Positions 38,705-51,230 of a stretch of 64,000 nucleotides of DNA are shown one piece after another; the stretch's first letter is position 1, and each line of letters begins with the position of its first letter. Both the position numbers and the translations under genes were made by a program. Source of the DNA: Octopus sinensis (taxonomy: Eukaryota); assembly GCF_006345805.1 (NCBI RefSeq), contig NC_043006.1, forward strand, positions 13,020,001-13,084,000, read 5' to 3'. The notes under the pieces are model-generated. The model had not been told where the DNA came from and did no database searches. It saw only the letters and a list, made by a program, of their open reading frames with translations.

Positions 38705-39684
38705 ACAATTAAGGAATGGCCTATTAAGGCCATTCCTTAATTGTTAAATTATATATTTAGTCTTTGACTATTTTCTCTTTCCCACTAGACCGCTGGTAGC
38801 GATAAATTTGTATTGAATTTTTTGCTACCCTAAATTGATTAATATATATATATATATATATATGCGGACACCCTTATGCTAGAAATAGATCCGCCGATCT
38901 ATTTCTAGCATATGGGTGTCCACATAATGGTTTCCCTGTAATATGTATATAATACTAATACAATTTTCTGAACCTTCAGGTTTTTTATATGCTAGACCAC
39001 TGTTGTGAAATCGATGTTAATTGAATTAATATCTAATTTCTCACCCTCAGTTTAAATATAAATATAAATAAATATATAAATAAATAAATATACATATATA
39101 TATGTGTGTGTGTGTGTATGTAGGCCTGGTTGGCTGCGTGTTAAGAAGTTTTCTTCCCATCCACATGCGTATGGAGAAAATCAAATCTTTAATTGTAGAA
39201 TTCCCCTTACAGAGCCAACAATTGTTTCTTCGGTTAGCATATTTAGACATAGAAAATATTCACATTAGTATTTCCGAAAATACAACATTTTCAAGCTCAT
39301 TCAGAATTAGTTGGATATAGCGGCTGATGTTTGTCATGCGTACAAGTCTATGCTTATCACATATACTACTCATAGACCGATGTAAATTTGCTGTCATTTT
39401 ACCAGCCAAACTCTTTTCAAATTGATCGTTTATTTGCGTGTCTTTTGCCCGTGTTTTCATGAAAATAAACATAATCAAAATGATTTAAATTACAAAGATT
39501 ATATTTAATATTCTTCACCAAATTGTGATATAATAGTTGGTGTCTGAAGCTTCTACACTTACCATTAAAGTATTAATTCTCATTTCTCAAATACACCCAC
39601 CTGATCCCTGTAAATATTGTTCTAATTACATTGGCTCTCTCTCTCTCTCTCTCTCTCCCTCTCACTATATAGCTATATCTATAT

Positions 39685-39905
39685 ATAACGGGAAGCTTTA
39701 TGAAAATAAACGAAAGACGAAGGCAGGTGGAATACGAACAAACAATTGTATTAGTATGGCGCTCAGGAATATAAATAAAACAAGTCTTTTACGTTTCGAG
39801 CCTACGCTCTTCAACAGAAAGATACACAGAAAAGAAACACGGAGAGAAACAAGGAGAGAAAAAAATGCGTGCAGAAGCTAGCGAATCAACATGGCGATCT
39901 TGTAT
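39685..39905 (-). mobile_element. Penelope-like terminal repeat fragment (family P1)
   Basis: Homologous to 4333-4550; CTGTTGA-A-GAGC-GTAG-GCTC-GAAACGTA. Confidence 0.6.
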
Positions 39906-40433
39906 ATATATATACAGCTATATCTATATGTATATATAAATTGAAAATAAGGGTGAGAAATTAGATATTAATTTAATTAACATCGATTTCACACCAGCAG
40001 TCTAGCATATAAAAAGACAGAAGGTTCAGTAAAATTGTATTATATACATATTAGAGGGAAACCACTATGTGGTTTTCCGATAATTTAGCGCGCCAAAACG
40101 AGGACATTTGAAATAATACCCACGAGTGTAATGGGTAGAACTGTTTACAGGTCTGACTTTGTGCGGACGTCCTAGTATGCAGTCCAGCAAATCATATTTA
40201 TCTGGCCGGTCACACCGATGATCTACGGACATTTACGTAATATGTTAATAGTGAAACATGTATGCGAATAATTCATATTTTTATTGCTTTTTTCTTTTGT
40301 CATGCTCGATTACGTTTTGGTTGTTTTGCTAAAGTTTTCTTGAGAACATTTCTTAGTGGTAAGACCATAGCGGATCTATTTCTAGCATAAGGGTGTCCAC
40401 ATAGTGGGTTTTTTTCTCTCTCTCTCTCTCTAT

Positions 40434-40467
<34 letters not shown>

Positions 40468-40868
40468 CTCTTTTACTATTTTACTTGTTTCAGTCATTTG
40501 ACTGGGACCATGCTGGAGCACCACCTTTAGTCGAGCAAATCGACCCCGGGACTTATTCTTTGTAAGCACAGTACTTATTCTATCGGTCTCTTTTGCCGAA
40601 CCGCTAAGTGACAGGGACGTAAACACACCAGCATCGGTTGTCAAGCAATGCTTGGGGGACAAACACAGACACACAAACATATACACACACACTTATATAT
40701 ATATATACATATATTCGACAGGCTTCTTTCAGTTTCCGTCTACCAAATCCACTCACAAGGCATTGGTCGGCCCTGGGCTATAGCAGAAGACACTTGCCCA
40801 AGATGCCACGCAGTGGGACTGAACCATGTGGTTGGTTAGCAAGCTACTTACCACACAGCCACTCCTGC
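40468..40868 (-). mobile_element. SINE-B
   Basis: Reverse complement of the family consensus. Confidence 0.9.
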
Positions 40869-41407
40869 ATATACATATACATATATGTATTTATATTTGT
40901 AATTACGACAGTTGATCTTTTTTTCCATACTTCTAAGTCGTCTCTTTGTTGAAGACACACAACACTTTATTCCGGATATCCAGTTCAATTCATTATCCTT
41001 CCCGACATTTTCCTATGTAACATATTTACCAACTATTTATATCATTTTAATCTAATTTACGTAATTTTCCGAGGCGCAATAAAATGTCTCGCAAGTTGGA
41101 ATTTCAAATTTCCTACTTGTGTTTCGTTATTGTAAAGCTGGAAGGTTTATGGGGGGGGGACAGTTTATTTGTAAAAGACAAGCTTCCACTCGGAGGAAAC
41201 AATACATAGCTGCTCTCCTCTAAACACTGCAGAAACCTGAATAAAATTGATCACGAATCGGAATAAGGTATTCTAATATTTATTTTTCAGGACTCCTTTC
41301 AAACACCACAGGATATCTAAGATATTCATCTTCTCCTTATGTTTATTAATGATGAATCAAAACTGATTTTCTGATAGAAGACAAAGGGAGCAATGTCCTC
41401 TCAAGAT

Positions 41408-41437
41408 TATTATTATTATTATCATCATCATCATCAA

Positions 41438-41488
<51 letters not shown>

Positions 41489-41566
41489 CATCATCATCAT
41501 CATCATCATTATTATTATTATTATCATCATCATCATCATTATCATTATTATTATTATTATTTTTTG

Positions 41567-41609
<43 letters not shown>

Positions 41610-41625
41610 TATTATTATTATTATC
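41408..41625. repeat. Compound (ATT)n/(ATC)n microsatellite
   Basis: Direct. Confidence 0.95.
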
Positions 41626-42154
41626 ATGTATGAATTCATTAAAGCATACTTCGAAGACATGCAAATCGTTCCAATTTTTCAATTGAAAATCAGAGATGCG
41701 ATACTCAAGACTCTATGGTCTTATATGCATATTTATACTCCCATTATATTGTTATTGATGGTTTCCTTAAATTTAAAATGGCATCTAAAGAATTCAACGA
41801 GCTACGAGATTTTATTTCCTCTGCTTTTTCAAGAAATTTTCCCCTCATTCAGATCAGACAAATATTGTATTTTACGCTTGATTGATGGAAATAAAGAAAC
41901 GAAAAGAAAGGACTATTATGCAAATAATAAAAACGTAAAATCTTGAGGGTTCTTGAATCGGAAATATTGCCCTGTATTTAAAGATAACATTACCAACTAC
42001 GTCAAGAAAGCAAAATATCTATTATCTAAGCTGCTAATGGTTGGTGGAGAGAACATCTAATATGTGTTACTTACTAAGAGCACTTTTCACCATTACAATT
42101 CAGAGATAGCATCAGATATGAAAAAAATATTATCATTATTATTATTATTATTAT

Positions 42155-42186
<32 letters not shown>

Positions 42187-42199
42187 TAGTAGTAGTAGT

Positions 42200-42350
42200 A
42201 GTAGTAGTGTACGTTGCACCCAGTAAGGCTGCTCTTTGCAAGATATCAATCTTACATGGGGTTTCCAGTTGCCTTAAGAAGTCTTGACGTTTCAAAGTCA
42301 CCAGTGACATCACTCTTACATTACCCTCTCGCATTCCATACAGTCTTGCT
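42200..42350 (-). mobile_element. R4/Dong ORF C-terminal fragment
   Basis: ARLYGMRE...FLRQLETPCKIDILQRAALLGAT; homologous to 45690-46030; within (TAG/TAA)n. Confidence 0.75.
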
Positions 42351-42379
42351 ATTATTATTATCATTATAATAATAATAAT

Positions 42380-42418
<39 letters not shown>

Positions 42419-42425
42419 CAGTAGC

Positions 42426-42485
<60 letters not shown>

Positions 42486-42487
<2 letters not shown>

Positions 42488-42872
42488 ATGGAAGCACTCC
42501 GTCGGTTACGACGATGAGGGTTCCGGTTAATCCGAATCAACGGAACAGCCTGCTCGTGAAATTAACGTGTAAGTGGCTAAGCACTCCACAGACACGTGTA
42601 CCCTTAACGTAGTTCTCGGGGATATTCAGCGTGACACAGAGAGTGACAAGGCCGGCCCTTGAAATACAGGTACAACAGAAACAGGAAGTAAGAGTGAGAG
42701 AAAGTTGTGGTGAAAGAGTACAGCAGGGATCACCACCATCCCCTGCCGGAGCCTCGTGGAGCTTTTAGGTGTTTTCGCTCAATAAACACTCACAACGCCC
42801 GGTCTGAGAATCGAAACCGCGATCCTATGACCGCGAGTCCACTGCCCTAACCACTGGGCCATTGCGCCTCCA
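42486..42872 (-). mobile_element. SINE-C inserted in (TAG)n
   Basis: Full-length copy with (TAG)n on both sides. Confidence 0.9.
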
Positions 42873-42914
<42 letters not shown>

Positions 42915-43095
42915 AAGAGAGGCGGCGAACTGGCGCAATCGTTACCGCAACGGACAAAATGCTTAGAAGCATTTCGTCGAGATACACATTCTGAGTTAAA
43001 ATTCCGCCGAGGCCAACTTTGACTTTCATCTTTATGGGGTCGTACTCGCACCCTCCCACGAAAATTCAAACCTTGTGTCTATGGCAGAAAGAATT
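42915..43095 (+). mobile_element. SINE-A diverged copy (alternative tail)
   Basis: Head and B-box motifs. Confidence 0.75.
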
Positions 43096-43109
43096 ATTAC
43101 TACTACTAT

Positions 43110-43165
<56 letters not shown>

Positions 43166-43176
43166 ATATTATCGTT

Positions 43177-43373
43177 GAGTGAAACAGCAATGCATGTCAT
43201 TAAAGTGACACTGGGGTACAAATATGCGAAGTCCAATATACCCATCATGACTACTCGTTTGGTAAGGTTATACCAGGCACATACATCACAATCATATGTG
43301 AGTAACTTGGAGATCTCATATCAAGATAAACTGCGCATGAATTTTCTTCACACCGAGTAGCCCATCTCGCTCG
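43177..43373 (-). mobile_element. Element E, 3' partial
   Basis: Homologous to 24535-24750. Confidence 0.75.
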
Positions 43374-43376
43374 AGG

Positions 43377-43840
43377 GCGAAAGAGGTTATATGGTGGACA
43401 AGATTAAAAGAGCTGAAGGCTAAAACTTTTCTCTTTGGCCACTTGTTGATCAGTTTCTTCAAGCTTCACCTGAAGATGGAAATAAGGGTAGAGAGAAGTG
43501 TTGTCTTCTAACCAGCTTGTTGAAAGGCGGATGAATGTGACGGGAATGGTGCAAGTGAACGGGTTTGCCCTGATTATACACCTGTAATTGGAGAAAAGGG
43601 GAGACAAGGTAACTGCACCAAAAGTTAAAGCACCCTTAGTTTTATGGGATTTTTCCATGAGCAACTCTCGAACGTCTCCTCCTAATTGAGGACTACACGT
43701 TGAATTTTCCCCCTATTATGTTAATCTTGTTTACACGCAAAACCATAACAATAACACACATACACACACATTCTTTGTTTTGTCCAGTATTGTCCATAAT
43801 GTTTTCTTAAATGTAAACCCTTTGTGGTTAATAAGTAAAT
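43377..43840 (+). mobile_element. Tx1/L1-clade LINE 3' fragment (second family)
   Basis: AKEVIWWTRLKELKAKTFLFGHLLISFFKLHLKMEIRVER aligns with the 17630-17854 peptide; ends CTTTGTGGTTAATAAGTAAAT + (ATT)n. Confidence 0.75.
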
Positions 43841-43866
43841 CATTATTACTATTACTGTTATTATTT

Positions 43867-44450
43867 TGAGTTAGCTCAGATTTGGTCTTATTCCTGATAG
43901 GATTTATGAGGGTAGCAGGTTTTTACCTGTAACCTAAGGTATCCACAAATTTTCAGCAGTCTTTCAACTGCTTAGAACCCTCCTCGTAATCCTTACTGTC
44001 CCTAAGAGACAAACTTTCTGCAGGACCTTTACCGGGTATTCTATTTCAATCTCCTTCAGCCAGTTGTCTATAACTTTGCTTACTGTTCCCAACGTACCAA
44101 TTATTATGAGCACGACCATTACTGTTTGCATGCTCCAAATTCTTCCTATTTCAAATTTTGAAAGATTGCGTTTTTTTTTTCTCTCTTCCTTTTTCTTTAC
44201 GATCCTGGAATCAAACGAGCATGATGGATCGATAATTAAGCAGCTTTGCTTTTCCTTATCTATAATCATTTTATCTGGTTTATCATTTTCTAACTTCTTG
44301 TCCATTTGAATAGGAAAGTCCCACAAAAATGTTACACTTCCCCGACTTTAGTACTCGTTGACTCGATGTTTGTACCATGTGTATTCAGCTTCCAATCCCC
44401 ATTTCTGGTACAGTTTCCAGTGTAAGGCTTGTACAACCTTGTCGTGCCTA
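43867..44450 (-). mobile_element. R4/Dong element: restriction-like endonuclease domain
   Basis: RHDKVVQALHWKL..WYKH then WDFPIQMDKKLENDKPD..IDKEKQSCLIID..IIIGTLGTV..LQKVCLLGTVRITRRVLS* (PD-(D/E)xK RLE). Confidence 0.9.
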
Positions 44451-44504
44451 ATATTGTAGTTGTTGTGGTTATTGTTATCGTTATTAGTATTACTATTATG
44501 ATAA

Positions 44505-45530
44505 ACGTCGCACAGTATATAATATCGTGAGGTTGTTCATTGAAGATATTGTGTCTACCGGGGTTTGTACTGTTTGTCAAGTCACAACAAGAAAAGAAAA
44601 GAAAGGACTATTATGCAAATAATAAAAAGTAAAATCTTTACGCAATATGCATGCAGTTCTAACTAATACCGACTTTTTTTTTCTTTACTACCCACAAGGA
44701 GCTAAACACAGAGAGGACAAACAAGGACAGACAAACGGATTAAGTCGATTATATCGACCCCAGTGCGTAACTGGTACTTAATTTATCGACCCCGAAAGGA
44801 TGAAAGGCAAAGTCGACCTCGGTGGAATTTGAACTCAGAACGTAGCGGCAGACGAAATACGGCTACGCATTTCGCCCAGCGTGCTAACGTTTTTGCCAGC
44901 TCGCCGCCTTGCTAATACTGACTTTTACAATACACCTTGATTGTAGGGTATTTCTAAAGTTACCAGAGGTTTTTTCAGACAATAGGGATAAATTTATGTT
45001 TGACTCTCGTAGCTGCCACAGCTTAGTGATCTCAATTCTCAGGTCTCCATATTTGCTAACATTTTCTCTTTCTTCTATAGAATATATATTCATCTCCTGG
45101 CACTGCCACGTCAATTATTAGGCACTCTTGGTTGTCCCTCCTAAAGGTTACTATATCCGGCCTTCAGTGCTCTAATATTTTGCCTGACTAGAAGTCAAAG
45201 TCCCAGAGGCCTTCTCCTTGTCATTCATTTCCTTTTCCGGTGTATGTTGGTACCAAGCACACGTAACCCCATACCCATACTTACGGCACAGTAGCCAATG
45301 GAGGTTTGGGGCTACGCTTGTACACTTGTACAGAAAGTGTCTACGCTTGTACACTTTCTGTGCAAAATTTTCACAAGCACTAACAATGTGAGTCACGCTT
45401 TTGATTCCCCTTCCCCACACATTCTGTGGAGGTCCGTTGTACTTGTGTGTTATATATTCGTTTTTCACTGAGTTACTATTCAATGCCTGGTCCTAGGCAG
45501 CTATGATTTGGCCTTCAGTATTCTTTTAAG
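44505..45530 (-). mobile_element. R4/Dong element (zinc-knuckle region to 3' UTR), interrupted by SINE-A
   Basis: GQIIAA*DQALNS..SVTHIVSACENFAQKVYKRRH..NLHWLLCRKYGY..WYQH; KYGDLRIEITKLW; KSVLVRTACILRK restored after removing the SINE. Confidence 0.85.
44678..44910 (-). mobile_element. SINE-A with 15-bp target-site duplication
   Basis: CTAATAC(C/T)GACTTTT at 44663-44677 and 44912-44926. Confidence 0.9.
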
Positions 45531-45594
<64 letters not shown>

Positions 45595-45689
45595 CATTAT
45601 TATTATCATTATTGTTATTAATACTATTATTATTATCATTATTATTCCTTCGTAACACAGTGTAGCTAAGAATGCACCGGAGTCTTAAG

Positions 45690-46030
45690 TCATCTGTCAA
45701 GTCACAACAAGGACCTCAGTCAGATAGTACTTACTGTAAGAAATGCGCTGTGCCCAGTAAGGCTGCTTTTTACAAGATATCAATCATGCATGGGGTTTCC
45801 AGTTGCCATAAGAAGTCTTGAAGTTTCAGTGGGATTGAGCCCAACACTCCGATCACCACTGGTATCGCTTTTTATATTACCTCCCACATCCCTTACAGTC
45901 TTGTCATTTCCATTTCAATTCGGAGTAATTGGTGATATATTTTCAGCCTATTTACTCACAGCATTCATGTCATTTAGTTTGGTACATCAATGATCTGACG
46001 GCATTTGTCTCTCTTATTCAAATGACAATA
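45690..46030 (-). mobile_element. R4/Dong ORF C-terminal fragment
   Basis: IPVVIGVLGSIPLKLQDFLWQLETPCMIDIL*KAALLGTAHFL; shares TGTCAAGTCACAACAAG in its UTR with 44576-44592. Confidence 0.8.
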
Positions 46031-46070
46031 TCAGGCCGACGTTGAGTTTTCTCTTTGGTTTAACTATATA

Positions 46071-46102
<32 letters not shown>

Positions 46103-46160
46103 TTCTACACATATATATATATATATATTTCTACATATATATTTCTATATATATATATAT

Positions 46161-47010
46161 ATTTCTACACTGGATCAAGTATTTCCTGGCGAATAGAACA
46201 CAGCATGTTGTAGTTGATGGAGTCCACTCAAGCCCAGCAAAAGTCACCAGCGGTGTCCCCCACGGGACTGTCTTGGGTCGCTACTCTTCATAATCTACAT
46301 AACGACCTTTCCAGTGTCGTACATTACTGCAAAGTGAAAATATTTGCTAAGACACCAAGCTCCAGTAAATCGTCAATGAAGAAGCAGACCGAACTCAACT
46401 CCAGTCTGATCTATATGCTGTGAGTCAATGGGCAGACAGAAACAAAATGCAACTGAACGAGGGAAATTTGAGCTGATCATTTTGGAGAAATTCCTCACTA
46501 AAACAGCCATTACTCTCTTCCTTTAGGGGAACTACACAGCCTCTAACAACATCAGAGACCTAGGTGTAATGTTGATGACGATCTCTTGAAACTTTACTCT
46601 CTCCAGCGTCGCCGTGAGCGGTACATCATTTATACGCTGTGAGAATTACACCCCAACTTTGCCCAAACGACCTGAACATAGGCTTCAAGGTCATCAAGAC
46701 TGGGACCACGGGCCATACGCCCCCTGCCCAATTCAAGATCACAGCATACAATACACTACAACATATTTCTTTTCTTCAACAGGCCCTGCCTTATTAACAT
46801 TGTCCGAAAGAGATCAAAGAGGAACAGGATCCCACAACTTTAAACGGAGTCTGGATAGATTCCTTCAAAGATACCAGATAAGCCACCCATAATTGGATAC
46901 ACTTCACCAACAAAATTTCACTACTTGATGACCATATGCAAAATTGACTAACAGGATTCAAATATCCTATCAGGTGATGCATTAAGTTAGACATGGCCTG
47001 GACCAATCAT
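46161..47010 (+). mobile_element. 5'-truncated CR1-clade LINE (RT to 3' end)
   Basis: LHWIKYFLANRTQHVVVDGVHSSPAKVTSGVPHGTVLG..NDLSSVVHYCKVKIFA; later NFKRSLDRFL; frameshifted. Confidence 0.9.
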
Positions 47011-48359
47011 TGTCGAACACATCTAGGTTTATATATATATATATTCATTTTGTTACCAAATCCATTCACAAGGCTTTAGTCGACCAAAGGCTATAGTCGA
47101 AAAGAACTGCTTAAGGTGCCACGCAGTAGGACTGAACCTGGAACCATATGGCTGGGAAGCAAGCTTCTTACCACATAACCACTAATAGCTGCTTTATATT
47201 TAAGCTCTTAATTTAGCACAGTATTAGCAGGTCATTATATTCCTTTTTTTAATGATTAAATTCTGTTCTGTTTTTGCTGACTAATTTATTATTTCAGCTA
47301 AATATTTAATGTCCTTCTACACTTCCATTGCTTATTGAGTTCGAAACAAATGTTTTGACTGACTAACCGTCTTGTTATTTCAACAAAATAATAAATCAGC
47401 TTCCATACTTTCAATATTTATGGTGAATGAAGTTTATATTTTGCTAATTTCAAAATGTCCCTCAATATTCTCTTGGCTTATGGAGGCCCAAGATTGCGAT
47501 TTTGCTTATTAACTGTATTACTTCATCTAGATATTAAATGTTTTATGTGACTGTTCGAAGTATATGCTTTTCTAAGTGCATTTGTATCATACGAAAGATG
47601 CAAATTTCTAAAACTATCTTGCCAAATACTTGTTTTTTTGTCTATGGCACTCAGGTATAACGCTCAGCTATACTGAGTCTATGGCACTCAGTATCGCTTA
47701 GCAAATGTAAACAGTTAATGATAAATATTTGACATTATATAGTGAAATAGAGGAGTAAGAAGATATAAATCTTAATCAGCATTTATCTTATTCTCACGCA
47801 AGCAAATAAAGTTTATTAGAGCTTAGTGCAAAAGAAACACGCACTCTTAAAGTCGATACAATGAATAAACTCTTAAAAATAAAAGAATAAATGGAAAAAA
47901 AAACATCTGAGAAGAAGAAACCCCTTAAATAAGCAGGTCAATGAAACCTTATTGCAAAATGTTTTATAAAAGAATTCAATGAAATTGCTTAAAACTACAT
48001 TGAGATATCTTTCTTAGGAATTAATCCTTGTTGTTGTTTTTTATTTAACATATGTGACCTTCGAAGATATGTTTGTGTGTGCGTGTGTGTGGGGGGGAAA
48101 GAGAGAGAGAGAGAGTAAGAGAGTGTGTTTGTGTGTCTGCATTTGTCCCCCACCATCGCTTGACAACCGATGTTAGCGTGTTTACGTCTCCGTAACTTAG
48201 CGATAGAATAAGTACTAGGCTTACAAAGAATTAGTCCTGGGTGTCAGTTTGTTCGACTAAAGGCGGTACGCCAGCATCGCCCTACTCAAGTGACTGAAAC
48301 AAATAGAAGAATGAAGGAAAAACAATTATATTTGTAAGGGGAGATAATTTAAATATCCA

Positions 48360-48540
48360 TACATCCATCTTCGTCCATTATACCAGAAAGGATTGCACAA
48401 GTAGAAACTTCTTTCAGTCCTTCCAGAGGCTTATAGAATCTGTCTTACGAATCTTTTCTTCGACATTCTAATGATGTGTCTGTAGTGCCGGAGCTGTGAT
48501 CTCTTAATGCGCAGAAGTACAAAGAAAGCCTGAGATACGA
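48360..48540 (-). mobile_element. RTE ORF2 relic
   Basis: LLRIKRSQLRHYRHIIRMSKKRFVRQIL resembles the RTE RLRWxGHxxRM motif. Confidence 0.55.
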
Positions 48541-49156
48541 TGAAGATAACGAGAAAATTCAAATATAATTAACATATAATGATGAAACAAAATACTGTAC
48601 ATACGAAGGAATTGCCAAATGATCTCAGAAAGAATTCAATAAGACAGAAATTGATAAGACAGAAAGCCAGTTTTTACGATATAGCTTGTTAAGGTTATAT
48701 CTATAGGTTTTCTATAGAGATTACAACATGTACTGATTTGTTAGGAGGTCGTAACAAATCAGTGCTGGCTATAATTTCTATAGAAAGTCTGTAGCGACAA
48801 CCTTAACAAGTGATTTAATAACACTGCTAACACTGTAGGACACAAGTTTAATGTATAAAGCGTGTAATGTACTTTGTTTCATATTATGGATGCACAACGA
48901 AAGACGGTGTCCCTACAAGTCATTATCACAATATAGATGTATAAACTTTGCTTCCATTCCATGTACTACTCTATTATGGACTATTAAAATTTTATGTGTC
49001 CTTTTTTCAGGAACGGTTTGATGTATTGGCGAACATTCAAGGGCGTGGAAGACCATAAAGTTTAAAGGTTCAGTTGAAGGGACCTCAATTATATATATAT
49101 ATATTATATATATATATTATATATATATATATATAATATATATATATAAATACACT

Positions 49157-49199
<43 letters not shown>

Positions 49200-49201
<2 letters not shown>

Positions 49202-49400
49202 TAATCCAAACAAGAAAACAAAAAGACAACAACGCGAGGATGTGGAACAAATAAAGTATTATTGGGCGCTCAGGAAAGAAGGGAAGAAGGAGAGTATGAC
49301 GTTTCGAGCGGAGCTCTTCGTCGGAAACATAGGAGAAAGAAAGTTCCCGAGGTGGGAGGACAGAGGGAAAAAAATGCAAGTGGTCTTCACGAGGTCACAT
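49200..49400 (-). mobile_element. Penelope-like terminal repeat fragment (family P2)
   Basis: Homologous to 34725-34945; CCGACGA-A-GAGC-TCC-GCTC-GAAACGTC. Confidence 0.65.
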
Positions 49401-49576
49401 ACTATATGTATATATATATATTTAAGTTCAGCAAAATTTTGATTCAGATGAATATGGTACTTAAGTTAAAGGCACCAGAATTTGGTATGGTATTATCCAT
49501 ATAAATCAAATAGAATAAAATGAAGTACCATGAAACGATTGTACTACACTGCCTTGGATATCCTTGTTGCTTATTT

Positions 49577-49620
<44 letters not shown>

Positions 49621-50829
49621 ATATATATATATATATAATATATATATATAGTAGTTTGGGGTTAAAGTTGACAATTTATATATATATATATATGAGGTAA
49701 TCAGATCGGATGGTTCATATTTATAGATATTTATTTATATATTACATTTTTTACATATATATCTCTATCATATCATTCAGATCATATCATTCGGATTATT
49801 AGCGCTTTCTCCCAATCCAGTGGGGTTTTCAAATCAAATCAATTCCTTTGTGGGGAATTTGAACATTTTATAGAGTTTCGTAGCAGTGGGGACGAATAAG
49901 ACAGTATAAGAGGGTGAGGAGGAAGTGAGACAGAGAAAACATATATATATATATATAGTAGTTTTGGGTTAAAGTTGACAATTTATATATATATATATTT
50001 AGGAACTGTTTGATGTATTGGTGAACGATGTCAAAGGTATTGGAGAGAATAAAGATTAACGATGTACTTGACAAAACGTTAGCTGACTAGGAGGACTGGA
50101 AGTCATCCGAATATTGGAAAGAGCTACTTGAATCATGATGATTAGCACCGGGTATCAAAGTACCGACATAATTGACTACTGCTCAATATTGTGTTATCGC
50201 GGTAAGGGCAATAAGATGTGACATAAACAACTACAAATGAGGCTATGAAGATGAGGCCAGCAGGACGGGACAAGGCAGGCGTTGTTCTGATTGCTTCTTC
50301 TCGCAGGAGTTCAACCAACACCTGCAAGAGAAGGTGATGGAATATCCAAGTAAGGGAATCCGAGTTTTGGCAAAAAAGGTTGGGTTGGCATCGCCACTAT
50401 AAAGCTGCCACTAATATAAGAGGTACAATGGACAAATTCTGGCAACCGGATCCAAGGAGAACCGCTTGACGAAGACAAACTCCTAAGCAAGCCTAGGCAT
50501 CCTGTTGAGCCAGGGATGATCTGGTTCTTCTGAGATAAAACGAACGTCTGCCAGAATCAGTTTCACAACACTCAAAATAATAGGTATGTAATTATTAATA
50601 TATTTTTTAATGGATGCGTTGCAGAGTATTTCTTCTGTATTATCAAAATCTGTTTCATATTTTTTAAGGAAAACTATTTCCGGATTATACATACAAACTG
50701 GATATGCTAATCGTTGTATTTTGTCTACAGAGGACTTTTTTCTGACCATGTGTTTTCAAAACACATTCGATTCATTCAAGTAAAGGGACATCAAATCACC
50801 GCGGTTTTTTGATCTGCTTGCCTCTTCAG

Positions 50830-51230
50830 TCGAAGATATCTTCGAAGATTTAATGGGATTTGTGTGTTTCGCCAGTGAGGGTGACGTCATACTACTCCAA
50901 ATCTTCAAACAGGGCCTTAGGCTAATTTAGACAGTTATGTGAAGATGCTGGACACTGGTCAATAGTTCGTGAGAGATAATTACTGCTGAAAAACTATGTA
51001 TAACAAGAGGATTCGGCTCCTTGCTTTACCTCCGCAAAGAGTCAGAAATGGTTGTCGGAGAAATTTTACGACCTCACCGGGCTAAATATCTGGTTCCCTA
51101 ATTCCCCCTGTTGTAATCGCATGAGTGGCACGCGATTGAGAGACATTCGCCAGGCTCCAGAGCCATCTTCTAGCTATGGTAGAAGTTGAGGGCAGCTACT
51201 TTGAATAAATTGTTATCTCTCAGCATTATC
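50830..51230 (+). mobile_element. Tc1/mariner (maT/DD37D-like) transposase relic
   Basis: CFASEGDVILLQIFKQGLRL..; DSAPCFTSAKSQKWLSENFYDLTGLNIWFPNSP. Confidence 0.65.

Noticed and set aside
47250-47720. Possible decayed CR1 endonuclease-RT linker on the minus strand
   Set aside because: Only vague compositional resemblance, many stops
48405-48520. Apparent exon with good splice sites on the minus strand
   Set aside because: The open frame is an RTE ORF2 motif (relic), not a host exon
50140-50500. Possible RTE 5' UTR with an HDV-like ribozyme
   Set aside because: Could not build the P1/P3/L3/J4-2 pseudoknot by eye
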